Assembly (NCBI GenBank): GCA_964562925.1
Contig: CAZLVF010000004.1
Location: forward strand, 1,955 to 65,954
Length of the DNA stretch: 64,000 nucleotides
Source of the DNA: an uncultured Candidatus Bathyarchaeia archaeon
GTDB taxonomy: Archaea > Thermoproteota > Bathyarchaeia > 40CM-2-53-6 > CAVXDP01
Direction: 5' to 3'
Positions 29,235 through 38,857 of the stretch are shown piece after piece. The translations under genes and the position numbers were made by a program. The notes beneath the pieces were generated by a model that was not told the DNA's origin, made no database searches, and saw nothing but the letters and a program-made list of their open reading frames with translations. The number at the start of each line of letters is the position of its first letter. Within the stretch, counting starts at the first letter, position 1.

Positions 29235-29798
29235 GTGATATCAAAGGATAGGATCGGGGTACTGATCGGCGAAGGTGGCGTTGTAAAGGATAGGATAGAA
29301 CGTTGTCTAAACGTTACTCTGAATGTGGATGGAGAAAGTGGGGTCGTAGCGATCAAAGCGAGAGACCCCATGGGAAACCCGTTAGCCGTTCTCAAGGCGA
29401 AGGATGTTGTAACGGCTGTTGCGAGAGGATTTCCACCTAACAAAGCCTTCCGACTGTTTGATGAGGATATTATGCTCGATATTCTGAATCTGAGAGAACT
29501 ATTTGGAAAGAGTGAGAGCGACATCCAAAGGGTTAAAGGTAGGATAATCGGAAGGGACGGAAAGTCTAGAAGGATCATCGAGGAGATTACCCAGGCGGAC
29601 CTCTCGATCCACGGACATACAGTTGGAATTATCGGTAACTTTGACGCGGCCTCGTTGGCTAGAGAAGCCATGGAGATGCTGATCAAAGGAAGACAACATG
29701 CCACTGTTTATCAGCACATGAAGAATAGAAGACGAGAGATAAAGAAGAAAGAGAAAATTGAACTCTGGGAAAAACCGGCGGAGAGTCCGAGGAGATAG
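29235..29798 (+). CDS. KH-domain pre-rRNA processing protein (Dim2/Pno1)
   Basis: RIGVLIGEGG, ARGF, RVKGRIIGRDGKSRR, GRQHATVY. Lies in the usual aIF1A-rio1-KH-top6 gene order. An in-frame CTG at 29217 is an alternative start. Confidence 0.88.
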   Translation: MISKDRIGVLIGEGGVVKDRIERCLNVTLNVDGESGVVAIKARDPMGNPLAVLKAKDVVTAVARGFPPNKAFRLFDEDIMLDILNLRELFGKSESDIQRVKGRIIGRDGKSRRIIEEITQADLSIHGHTVGIIGNFDAASLAREAMEMLIKGRQHATVYQHMKNRRREIKKKEKIELWEKPAESPRR

Positions 29799-29835
29799 AA
29801 TCCTTGCTCATCCCAGCCCGCAGGTCTGAAGTGAG

Positions 29836-31401
29836 ATGACCGAGGTCTTTCAAGAAATAAGCCCTGCAGACTTCTTCTACCGTAACAGAGACATAGCAGG
29901 CTTCACTAATCCCTCCAGAGCGATCTACACGACCATGAGAGAACTTGTCGAAAACTCTTTAGATGCATGTGAGATCGGCGCGATCCCACCTGATATTTAC
30001 GTTAGGATATCGTACGCCGTAGAACCTGTTGAGGGATCCGGAGTCTACACAGTCAGAGTGGAAGATAACGGACCGGGGTTGCCAGAGAACGTGATACCCT
30101 CAGCCTTCGGTCAGATCCTTTTTGGCTCCAAGTACAGGCTTAGACAAACGAGGGGAACGTTTGGACTTGGAGGCAAGATGGCTATCCTATACGGTCAGAT
30201 CACGACACACTCTGAAGTGAAGGTATTCTCGAGCGTCAAGAGAAACAAGATCTATGAGTATCATTTGATGATGGATATCCAAAGAAATAGACCTGTGGTT
30301 CTGAAAAGGAAAGCCCACAGGAACAAGAACAAGTGGCATGGTACAATACTCGAGTTTTCAACTGAGGGAGACTATACACGCGCGATGTCGAAGATCCTAG
30401 ACTACTTGAAGCAAACAGCTATCGTTGCGCCCTACGCGAACCTAACATTTGTAGACCCTCGAGGAAGGCTGTATAGATACGAAAGAGCGACGACAGTCAT
30501 GAGCAAGCCTCCGCTTGAGACCGCGTCTCATCCACACGGAGTCGATGTTGAGACGCTCAAGAGGCTTATCGAACAGACAAAATCAAAGAATATGGCAGAC
30601 TTTATGAAGAGAAACTTCCAGAGGGTAGGAAACACTATCGCGAGAAGGTTTCTTGAATACGCGGGGATAAATCCGAAGAAGACGCCAAAGAAGCTCTCCC
30701 CGGATGAAGTGGTCAGACTGGTTAATGCGATGAAAAACTTCGATGGTTTTCTGCCACCAGATGCGAATTGCCTGTCGCCTCTCGGCGAAGCCCTCTTGAA
30801 GACCGGAATCGAAAAGGAATTCAACCCAGAATTTGTTGAGGTCCACCAGCGTAAACCGGCAGCTTACTCGGGGTTCCCTTTCATAATCGAGGTAGGCCTA
30901 GCGTCTGGAGGAGACATACCCCACACGGGAAAACCCATACTCTACAGGTTCGCGAACAAGATACCCTTGCTCTTCGATGAGGCAAGCGATGTCTCATACA
31001 AGGTCGTTAACAGCCTCGTGGACTGGAGACATTACAAGATCTACCCGGAGACGCCTCTAGCGGCTTTTGTGCATTTATGCAGCACGAAGATCCCATACAA
31101 GACTGTTGGAAAGGAGTTTATCGCTGACAGGCCTGAAGTCGAACGTGAGATATTGAACGCGATCAGGGAGACCGCGCGGAGACTCTCCATATTCCTCTCG
31201 AAGAAGGCATCGTACGAGAGAGAGAAGAAGCGGTTAGATGTCTTCTCAAAGTATCTCCCCAAGATCGCATCGTTCTCAACGAGACTAGCTCACAAACAGA
31301 AAGAGCCTGATGTGAAACCTCTACTCAAGAGCGTGTTGACATATGAAAGAGAAGAAGAGGAAGGGCGTAGTAAGACAGAAGAAACAAAAGGTTCTGACTA
31401 G
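29836..31401 (+). CDS. top6B: DNA topoisomerase VI subunit B
   Basis: ELVENSLDA, EDNGPG, GSKY..QTRGTFGLG, RFANKIPLL. Confidence 0.96.
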   Translation: MTEVFQEISPADFFYRNRDIAGFTNPSRAIYTTMRELVENSLDACEIGAIPPDIYVRISYAVEPVEGSGVYTVRVEDNGPGLPENVIPSAFGQILFGSKYRLRQTRGTFGLGGKMAILYGQITTHSEVKVFSSVKRNKIYEYHLMMDIQRNRPVVLKRKAHRNKNKWHGTILEFSTEGDYTRAMSKILDYLKQTAIVAPYANLTFVDPRGRLYRYERATTVMSKPPLETASHPHGVDVETLKRLIEQTKSKNMADFMKRNFQRVGNTIARRFLEYAGINPKKTPKKLSPDEVVRLVNAMKNFDGFLPPDANCLSPLGEALLKTGIEKEFNPEFVEVHQRKPAAYSGFPFIIEVGLASGGDIPHTGKPILYRFANKIPLLFDEASDVSYKVVNSLVDWRHYKIYPETPLAAFVHLCSTKIPYKTVGKEFIADRPEVEREILNAIRETARRLSIFLSKKASYEREKKRLDVFSKYLPKIASFSTRLAHKQKEPDVKPLLKSVLTYEREEEEGRSKTEETKGSD

Positions 31402-32440
31402 CCTGGCAGAGTTTGGAACCCGGGTCTACGATCAGCTGGCCAGACGACAGTTTCCATGGATAAAGATGCCTAGTAGATCTACAAACAACATACTCTACGA
31501 CGAGAGGTCAAGGCAATATATCTTAGGGACAAGGGCGGTCAAGAGAAGTTCTAGGAATATACGTCACCTTCGACCGTTGACGCAACTCGTCTGGACAGCT
31601 TCATTCGCGGATGAACTAACCCATCAAAAAAAGACAAGCACCCTCAGAGACGTCTTCTACTCCGCACAAGCATACGAGATGAACTTTGTGGATCAACCTG
31701 AAAGCGATAACATTATCACTGACCTAGAAACGGTGATCGGATCGCCTAGGGAAGACTTCAACGTATTCCCAGAAGAGAGAAGCGCGATCTTCGGAAACCT
31801 AACTATTCAATATACGATTCCAGGATACGAGGGAAAGAGACTTAACCTGGCAAGCCACCCAGACGGAATGATGATCGGCCCAGCCCTAACAAACGCTGAG
31901 TTCGTGGACTGTAAGGCTGACAAGATAATAGCGATAGAGAAAGGCGCGCTCTTCACCCGATTTGTTGAGGAGAGAGTTCACGATCGATTTAAGGCTCTCT
32001 TGATCCAGACAGCTGGCCAAGCGCCTCGGGCGACAAGAGCCTTCATAAGAAGACTGAATCAAGAGCTTAAGCTCCCGGTCACAATCTTTACAGATGGGGA
32101 TCCTTGGGGTATGCATATAGCCATGGTCATCATAAGTGGATCCGCAAATGCAGCCCACCTTCGAGAATTGAACACGCCGGATGCTAAATGGGCAGGGGTC
32201 TGGGCGACAGACATAGTGGACTACAAGCTTCCAAGCGACAAACTAAGCGAGCTGGACATGAAAAGACTGTATGAACTGCAGAAAGATCCGAGGTATAATG
32301 CAAAGTTGTGGAAACGTGAAATCGAGACATTCATGAAGATAAGGAAGAAGGCGGAACAGGAAGCGTTCAGCAGATACGGTTTGACCTACATAGTTGACGA
32401 GTACCTTCCGGCCAAGTTGGAGGCGGTCGAAGATATCTAG
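31343..32440 (+). CDS. top6A: DNA topoisomerase VI subunit A (Spo11-like)
   Basis: STLRDVFY (catalytic Tyr), TOPRIM IEK and FTDGDPWG, KAEQEA. Confidence 0.95.
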   Translation: MKEKKRKGVVRQKKQKVLTSLAEFGTRVYDQLARRQFPWIKMPSRSTNNILYDERSRQYILGTRAVKRSSRNIRHLRPLTQLVWTASFADELTHQKKTSTLRDVFYSAQAYEMNFVDQPESDNIITDLETVIGSPREDFNVFPEERSAIFGNLTIQYTIPGYEGKRLNLASHPDGMMIGPALTNAEFVDCKADKIIAIEKGALFTRFVEERVHDRFKALLIQTAGQAPRATRAFIRRLNQELKLPVTIFTDGDPWGMHIAMVIISGSANAAHLRELNTPDAKWAGVWATDIVDYKLPSDKLSELDMKRLYELQKDPRYNAKLWKREIETFMKIRKKAEQEAFSRYGLTYIVDEYLPAKLEAVEDI

Positions 32441-32471
32441 CCGCCTGTGACGGAAGGACCGCGAGGGAAAG

Positions 32472-33434
32472 TTAACCTGCCTGTTTGGCTCCACACATGA
32501 AGCAGTAAGCCGCAGTCGACTCAATCTCAACATTGCAGCTCACGCAGCGTTTCGTCAGATTGCCTTTGACCATGACCGTATGCATGAGACCCTGCGGCTG
32601 TGTATACCAGACAAAATCTGAGAGATTCGACTTGTAGGCTTTGCATCCAAAACAGTACCATCTCTCATAATCGAGGTTGAAAAATAGCGGTCTCCCGCAT
32701 GCGGAGCATGATAATTGAGGTACCATGGTACTAGGCTTTGAGGTCAGCCACTTGCTGAACGGAGAATAGAGCTCCGCCTTGTTGACGAAATGTCTGAGAG
32801 TAACAGTCATAGAGATCAACAAGAGAGTTATAAGGGATAGGTTCCACGGCGCTGGAGCCGCAAAGATTACGAAGTCGTATATTCCATGAAGAACCATCGC
32901 TAGGACAAGACCTTCCAAGGTTAGATCCACTTCCCTCGATGGCGTAAACTTCGCTACCCCAAGATAGTAGCCCATTATCCCACCTAACAGCGCATGTCCC
33001 GGAACCGACGTAACAGCTCTGAGGAGGATTGTTCCCAATCCCCTGGTTAACGCGTAGAGAACATTCTCGACTGTAGCGAACCCAAGCGAAGCCACAGCCG
33101 TATATACTATCCCGTCCATAACTTCATTGAACGCGTTCGACCTATACGCTGCCAGCTTGACGGAGAGCAACTTAACACCTTCCTCTGTTAGACCGACAAC
33201 AAGCAACGTGTGTAGAAACAGAATTGGAATGTAATCTGATTGAGGGATTATGAACCCGCCGAGAACCTCAAGCGGAAAGGCCAAGATTGGAGATAGTAGT
33301 CCGTAGGCAAAGGTCTTTGCAACCAGTCTCTTCGGCTCCCTCTCGTATCTGTCTCGGGTGTAGAAGAACCATATGAGAAATAGGCTCGGAGCAGACGCTA
33401 GGACAAGAACTTCTAGTATGTAACCTGACTCCAT
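32472..33434 (-). CDS. PrsW-family intramembrane metalloprotease with two C-terminal zinc ribbons
   Basis: DRYEREP, TEEGVK, GFATVEN, VPGHA, LHGIYD; then CSAC..WYCFGC and CVSC..YCFMCG. Confidence 0.88.
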   Translation of the reverse strand: MESGYILEVLVLASAPSLFLIWFFYTRDRYEREPKRLVAKTFAYGLLSPILAFPLEVLGGFIIPQSDYIPILFLHTLLVVGLTEEGVKLLSVKLAAYRSNAFNEVMDGIVYTAVASLGFATVENVLYALTRGLGTILLRAVTSVPGHALLGGIMGYYLGVAKFTPSREVDLTLEGLVLAMVLHGIYDFVIFAAPAPWNLSLITLLLISMTVTLRHFVNKAELYSPFSKWLTSKPSTMVPQLSCSACGRPLFFNLDYERWYCFGCKAYKSNLSDFVWYTQPQGLMHTVMVKGNLTKRCVSCNVEIESTAAYCFMCGAKQAG

Positions 33435-33482
33435 CGAGATCTCCTGCAGAGACAGGTATCGATAGAAGCGAGAATCTATGGC

Positions 33483-35312
33483 CTAGTCTCCAGTTGTTGA
33501 GGCATAATAGTATTCCCCGACTTGCCTCTGGATTCGATCAACTTTGCTTTCGGGCTTATTGACTCTAGGTCGGCCCGTCTCGACGTCTCTCCGAAAGGTG
33601 ACGTTCATGTTTGAGAGGAATATGTTCATGCCTTCTCTTAGTGATGTTGGCGCATGGGCCTGGCCCTTGACGGCAGGTTCGCCGTCAAATATCATGAGCC
33701 TGTCCGAAATGAAATCCTGTGCAACTATGTCATGCTCAACAACAAAGGCGAAGGCCTTCCTGCTTTCAACACTTCTCCTAATCGCCTTTGCAACGGCAAG
33801 TCTCTCCTCAACATCTAAGTATGCACTAGGCTCATCGAGCAGGTAGATAGATGCTTCTTTGGCTAGGCAAGCGGCGATGGCGACCCTCTGAAGCTCACCA
33901 CCACTGAGGTCTCTTACATCTCTCTCTATGTATTCTGTTAAGCCCAGAGGCTTGATCAACTCGTTCTGGAAGATCTCCGTCTCGTACCTTTCGTCAGCCA
34001 CATCCTTCAAGAGCCTTTGAACCGACCCCTCGAATTGAGCCGATATGTACTGGGGTTTGTAGCCAACGGTGAATCCTTGCCATTGCAGCACCTCACCACC
34101 TTCAGGTTTCTCGATCCCGGCTAGGAGCTTTACGAAAGTGGTCTTGCCTATGCCGTTCGGCCCCAGTATACCTACAACCTCACCTTTCCTCACTTCACCA
34201 GGTTCAACCGAGAGGCTGAAGGCGCCTAGGGTCAACCTCATTGATCCCCAGCCAAGCTTCCAATCTTCTGTAGGTGAGGCTTCATGCGGAGGTCGAAGGT
34301 GAAACCTTATCGGTTCGGTTCTAAACCTCATATTCTCATCCGGTATGAAGCCATCTAGATAGAGGTTGATCCCAAGCCGGACACCGTGAACGTGCGACAC
34401 TATGCCGTAGACACTGGGGTTACCGTATAGCAGACAAACTTGGTCTGAGAGGTAGTCAAGCATCGCTAGATCATGTTCGGCCAGAAAGACCATCTTGTTA
34501 TCTTCAACTAGTGTTCTTACGGCTCTTGAGGCTCGCATCCGCTGGTCGACATCCAAGTGGCTTGACGGCTCGTCAAATATGTATGCATCAGCGTCTCGAG
34601 AGACAGCTACTGCAAGGGCAACCCTCTGAAGCTCTCCTCCGCTTAATACCCCAACCTTTCTATCTAACAGGTTTCGAAGTTGAAGTTGATCAAGTAACCA
34701 TTCAAGCCTTCCGCGTTCGTCAGCCTTCCTAAGTATCTCGCCTACCTTCCTATTCGCCTTGGTCGGTATACGATCAACGTACTGAGGTTTGTGAACCACC
34801 TTGAGTTTCTTTTCGCTGAGTCTGCGGAAATACTCTTGCAGAGTCGATCCTCTATAATACTTCACAATCTCTTCCCAGCTTGGTGGAGAGTCGTAGTTGC
34901 CGAGATTGGGTCTGAGGTCGCCGGATAGGATCCGTAGGGCCGTAGTCTTTCCGATCCCGTTCCGTCCAATCAATCCTGTTATCGTTCCTGTTTGAGGCAC
35001 AGGCAGACGATAGAGCTTGAACATGTTCGAGCCGTATCTATGGCTGCATTCGCCTTCAAGCTCTTCAGGAAGGTTAATGACTGAGAGAGCTTCGAAAGGG
35101 CATTTCTTGACGCAGATCCCACATCCGGAGCAGAGAGACTCGACGATAACAGGCCTCTCTTGGCCTTTCTCAAATCTTATGGCTTCTACGCGGTTTCGGA
35201 CTTCTGGACAGAACCTTATGCATGCCCTTCCACAATCATCCGGTTTACATCTCTCCCTGTCCAGCACCGCCAGTCTAACCATATCTGCCCATCCAAAACT
35301 TATGCAACACAA
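33483..35312 (-). CDS. abce1: Ribosome recycling ATPase ABCE1/Rli1
   Basis: N-terminal FeS domain (CKPDDC..C..CP, CSGCGICVKKCP), two NBDs (GxNGIGKTT, LSGGELQR twice), TFRRD..GRPRVNK. The real start is probably the ATG about 10 codons in. Confidence 0.95.
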   Translation of the reverse strand: MCCISFGWADMVRLAVLDRERCKPDDCGRACIRFCPEVRNRVEAIRFEKGQERPVIVESLCSGCGICVKKCPFEALSVINLPEELEGECSHRYGSNMFKLYRLPVPQTGTITGLIGRNGIGKTTALRILSGDLRPNLGNYDSPPSWEEIVKYYRGSTLQEYFRRLSEKKLKVVHKPQYVDRIPTKANRKVGEILRKADERGRLEWLLDQLQLRNLLDRKVGVLSGGELQRVALAVAVSRDADAYIFDEPSSHLDVDQRMRASRAVRTLVEDNKMVFLAEHDLAMLDYLSDQVCLLYGNPSVYGIVSHVHGVRLGINLYLDGFIPDENMRFRTEPIRFHLRPPHEASPTEDWKLGWGSMRLTLGAFSLSVEPGEVRKGEVVGILGPNGIGKTTFVKLLAGIEKPEGGEVLQWQGFTVGYKPQYISAQFEGSVQRLLKDVADERYETEIFQNELIKPLGLTEYIERDVRDLSGGELQRVAIAACLAKEASIYLLDEPSAYLDVEERLAVAKAIRRSVESRKAFAFVVEHDIVAQDFISDRLMIFDGEPAVKGQAHAPTSLREGMNIFLSNMNVTFRRDVETGRPRVNKPESKVDRIQRQVGEYYYASTTGD

Positions 35313-35340
35313 AGGTTGAAGTTTCTGAAACGAGAATGTT

Positions 35341-35352
35341 AGAAAAGAAAGG
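35341..35352 (-). terminator. Oligo-T terminator-like tract after the microprotein
   Basis: CCTTTCTTTTCT on the minus strand, 11 nt after the stop codon. Confidence 0.4.
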
Positions 35353-35363
35353 TTCTGGGCGAG

Positions 35364-35453
35364 TTACCACTCTTCTTCCTCTGCGCCCTCTTCCTCACTC
35401 CACTCTTCCTCTTCGCCCCAGTCCTCTTCTTCTCCCCAGCCTTGCTCTTCCAC
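35364..35453 (-). CDS. 29-aa acidic Trp-repeat microprotein MEEQGWGEEEDWGEEEEWSEEEGAEEEEW (below the ORF-track cut-off)
   Basis: GTG..TAA ORF with mixed GAA/GAG codons, a G-rich SD-like GGGGGA upstream, BRE/TATA at 35504-35517 and a T-rich tract downstream. Confidence 0.6.
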   Translation of the reverse strand: MEEQGWGEEEDWGEEEEWSEEEGAEEEEW

Positions 35454-35503
35454 CTTTGGAATCCCCCAGAAAGGTTTGGTTATGTGTTCGCAAAGCCTGA
35501 ACC

Positions 35504-35517
35504 TTTTAAAGTTTTTG
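35504..35517 (-). promoter_or_regulatory. Archaeal BRE-TATA promoter (CAAAAAC-TTTAAAA) for the microprotein
   Basis: Purine-rich BRE directly followed by TTTAAAA, about 50 nt upstream of the GTG. Confidence 0.55.
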
Positions 35518-35668
35518 CCAAGATAAGTCACTTGAAGGACGAGCTTGCTTTGACGGAAAAAGCACGAACAACGAATATCGCACTGATGGAATTGTTGAAA
35601 GAAATTTTGTCAAGGAACCTGATGCGCACCTGCCCAAGAAACCTTGATCCAATAGGGGATTATGCTGG

Positions 35669-36277
35669 ATGCTTCTTCTGAAGGCCGACGAGCAAGCAAT
35701 TCTAAAGGCGGCTAGCATCGTTGCCGCAGGGGGGCTAATCGTATACCCGACTGATACGGTGTACGGCCTCGGTTGTGATCCATTCAATGAAAGTTCGGTC
35801 AGGAGGGTTATCGATGCCAAGGAGAGAAAGAAAGATCCTCTTCCTGTATTGGGATCTTCGATTGAGAACCTTCTGCGGATAGCATCATTCAATCAAAAGT
35901 CAAATGTTCTTGCTTCCAAGTTCTGGCCTGGTCCGCTAACGTTGATACTTCAAAAGAAGCCTGTACTTCCAGATCTTGTTACATTCGGACATTCAACAGT
36001 GGGGGTTAGAGTACCTAATTGTGTTGTAGCGCTTAGGTTGATCCAGTTGTCTGGAGGCTTACTGATTGGTACAAGCGCAAACCTGACCGGCAGAAGGCCT
36101 TGCACCAAAGCTCGAGAGGCTGCAGATCAGATTGGAGAGAAGGTTGATCTGATCTTGGATGGGGGAGAGACACTTCTTAAGAGGGAGTCAACGGTTGCTA
36201 GACTTGTCGGCGGTGCACTTGAAATTCTTAGGCGTGGAGCGATCTCTGAAAGCGAGATTAGATCAGCTCTTGCATGA
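35669..36277 (+). CDS. sua5: L-threonylcarbamoyladenylate synthase (short TsaC/Sua5/YrdC type)
   Basis: YPTDTVYGLGC, K.R..PL, FWPGPLT, GTSANLTG. Confidence 0.92.
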   Translation: MLLLKADEQAILKAASIVAAGGLIVYPTDTVYGLGCDPFNESSVRRVIDAKERKKDPLPVLGSSIENLLRIASFNQKSNVLASKFWPGPLTLILQKKPVLPDLVTFGHSTVGVRVPNCVVALRLIQLSGGLLIGTSANLTGRRPCTKAREAADQIGEKVDLILDGGETLLKRESTVARLVGGALEILRRGAISESEIRSALA

Positions 36278-36351
36278 TCCAGTTGGATACAAGACCGATT
36301 AGAATATAGACCTTAAACAGAGATGCATTCTCAAAGGTTGCGAGTGAGTGC

Positions 36352-36885
36352 TTGGATTTGTTAGAGGACTTTAACCTCCTGATCTCGACATCCCGTAGAA
36401 ACGAGAGGAATGCATGCAGCGAAGTATGGTACCTGCTCGGAGAGATTGGTGATAGAAACTCCGAGGCGAAGACGACGGGAATAATAGGATTGACCGTAGC
36501 GAAGACGACGCTTGATCCCAAGATGGTTGTAAGAAGACTGAGAGAGATCCTTCGACAGAGGCCTTGGGAGGTAAAGTACGTTTTGAAGGTGGTTCCGATT
36601 GAGAGGCTCGTCCCAGCAACCATAGGGGATGTTGAGAAGGCGGCTCTAGAGCTTTCAAAGAGGATAGGTGAAAATGATAGGTTCCGCGTGACCGTTGAGA
36701 AACGGCGGTCGAACCTCTCTTCACATGAGATAATAGAGGCTGTGGCGAATAAGATAGATAAGAAGGTTGACCTAGAAAACCCGGATAAGATAGTTTTGGT
36801 TGAGGTTGTGGGTCAAACAGTAGGTCTGTCCCTTCTGGAACCTGGCGACATTCTCTCGGTTGAGAAGGAGAGGAGGACCCTCTAG
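36352..36885 (+). CDS. THUMP-domain RNA-binding protein
   Basis: LKVVPIE, FRVTVEKR, KVDLENPDKIVLVEV. Confidence 0.88.
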   Translation: MDLLEDFNLLISTSRRNERNACSEVWYLLGEIGDRNSEAKTTGIIGLTVAKTTLDPKMVVRRLREILRQRPWEVKYVLKVVPIERLVPATIGDVEKAALELSKRIGENDRFRVTVEKRRSNLSSHEIIEAVANKIDKKVDLENPDKIVLVEVVGQTVGLSLLEPGDILSVEKERRTL

Positions 36886-37077
36886 AATCTTCAAGAGCCT
36901 GAGGAAAAATCGCCAACCTAGCGGGTCTGTCTAGAAACCTACCAACTGGACGTCTAACGCTTAGAGGTTTCTTTACCAGTTGTCTGCAAGATTAGGAATT
37001 CCGCAATGTTGAGTCTTATTCTCTTTGTCTTCCTTGAATTGTGGTGAGGGGACCCTGGGGGGTAGGAGGGAGGGGGG

Positions 37078-37692
37078 TCAAACCCTTGTAGGAAGCAAGG
37101 CTACCCTTTCTATGATGAGTCTTTGAATTGCCTCGCCTCTTGGAGTCTTCTTGCCGCTCATCGCTTGAATCTCTTTCTCGGAGATCTTGAATGTTGAGAT
37201 GAGGTTCTCGATCTTCTCCTGGCTCCAGTGATCTAGAAGAGCGTTATCGCTTCTTGTGTTTGTAAGTGATGGAAGCTTGTCGCTGAAGCTTCTAATCGAC
37301 TCTTCGCTTCCTCCTACGGCTATGACTGCCACGTTCCTTGTGTTACGGTTTACTCCTACCATACGGATCGCCTCTGAGATCTGCTTTTGAGCGGAAGTGT
37401 AGAGGAGAAACTCCACCGCAAGCGTTCTGGAGATGTTGGTTCCTCTTTTGAAGGTATGCAGCGCATTCAGCATTGCAAAGTGGAGATGTCTTCTCCCAGC
37501 GATCCTGTCCAGATCAACTATCTGCACATCAATATCAGTCGAAGCTTTCCTCAGGTTTTCGATAAGGTTGTCAGCGTCAACCGGTTCATCAACATGGAAT
37601 GGAAAGACCAGAAAGTACTGATCATAGTCCTCGAACTTCGTGACCTCGGCCAAATGTTTCTGCATCCTCCACAGATCAAGCCTACACGACAA
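37078..37692 (-). CDS. cgi121: KEOPS complex subunit Cgi121
   Basis: IAGRRHLHFA..A..G.NISRTLAVEFLLYTSAQKQISEAI..G and C-terminal IERVALL. Confidence 0.85.
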   Translation of the reverse strand: MSCRLDLWRMQKHLAEVTKFEDYDQYFLVFPFHVDEPVDADNLIENLRKASTDIDVQIVDLDRIAGRRHLHFAMLNALHTFKRGTNISRTLAVEFLLYTSAQKQISEAIRMVGVNRNTRNVAVIAVGGSEESIRSFSDKLPSLTNTRSDNALLDHWSQEKIENLISTFKISEKEIQAMSGKKTPRGEAIQRLIIERVALLPTRV

Positions 37693-37770
37693 GCTTGGAT
37701 TTTTCGAGAGTGAATCTCATACAAAGCTTAATAGAAAACCGACAATGAAAACTGTTCGGAAGCGTCGAAG

Positions 37771-38355
37771 GTGGAGTTCTTAGTTCCAAGCTGGGAAGAC
37801 ATTTATGGGATGTGTATCCAACTTGCTGATCAGATAAAGGAGAGCGGGTACGTACCTGACATGATCGTAGCTGTTGCCCGGGGGGGCTGGGTACCTGGCA
37901 GGATAATCTCAGACCTCCTCAGCAACTCGAACGTTGCAAGCCTGAAAGTCGAGTTCTACAAGGACGTTGCAGAGACAGATAGAAAACCAATAATTTCCCA
38001 GCGCGTGTCCGCCCCGATAAGACGGAAGAAGGTTCTCGTCGTCGATGACGTAGCCGACACAGGTGAGAGCCTAAAAGCTGTAAGAGACTACCTGAAGAAG
38101 CTGGGACCAGCCGAGATCAGGATCGCAACCCTACATTACAAGTCCAAGAGCATATTCAAGCCCGACTATTTCATCGGCGAGACGGACGCTTGGATTGTAT
38201 ACCCACACGAGAGACATGAATTCGTAAGAAACATGGTCAGGAAACTGAGGAGAGACGGTATGTCACTCGAAGAGGTAAAGAAAGAGATGAGAAGGATTGG
38301 ACTGCAGGCGCGGATTGCCGACAAGTTCGTTGAAGAGACTTGGAATACGGTTTGA
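37771..38355 (+). CDS. Type I phosphoribosyltransferase (purine PRT-like)
   Basis: VAVARGG, VLVVDDVADTGESL, WIVYPHE. Confidence 0.9.
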   Translation: MEFLVPSWEDIYGMCIQLADQIKESGYVPDMIVAVARGGWVPGRIISDLLSNSNVASLKVEFYKDVAETDRKPIISQRVSAPIRRKKVLVVDDVADTGESLKAVRDYLKKLGPAEIRIATLHYKSKSIFKPDYFIGETDAWIVYPHERHEFVRNMVRKLRRDGMSLEEVKKEMRRIGLQARIADKFVEETWNTV

Positions 38356-38442
38356 TAACATAGATCGCAGCTCATAGTCAGATCCGATCGCTTGACGGTT
38401 GACCAAGAAATGGCGCGAAACCGTGTTTTCAAACATGATGAG

Positions 38443-38754
38443 TCAAGTCTTCCGCGTTTCAGCTAACCGCCTCTCTACTTCCTCTCTATTATCCCAGTTT
38501 GGATCGAGGTGCGACTGATCGAGGTGCGGCCATTTCGCGGGCGTCACCCAACGCCTTCCACAGAATGGACACTCATGCCAATTCGTTAATCCCTGCGTAC
38601 AATCACAAGAAGAAACCGCTTGGCACGTAGGGCAGGTATGAAGCGCTGAAGCTACAGAACGCTCATAGGCAATCTTCAGCTCTCGAATCCTAGTTCGAAT
38701 CTTCTGGCGTAACGAAGGTCGCATAAACCAACCCTTACGATCCTGATGGCTCAA
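38443..38754 (-). CDS. Small hypothetical Cys-rich (zinc-ribbon-like) protein
   Basis: CPTC and CPFC pairs; TATA-like TTTATC upstream; TTG start. Confidence 0.5.
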   Translation of the reverse strand: MSHQDRKGWFMRPSLRQKIRTRIRELKIAYERSVASALHTCPTCQAVSSCDCTQGLTNWHECPFCGRRWVTPAKWPHLDQSHLDPNWDNREEVERRLAETRKT

Positions 38755-38857
38755 TTTGAGATAACGCTATAAGATAAAACATTCTCGGTCGGCATATCGA
38801 AAGTTCAATGGTCAAAGAGCTTAATTAAGAATAGTCCATGATTCTGGTACTGCAGCG

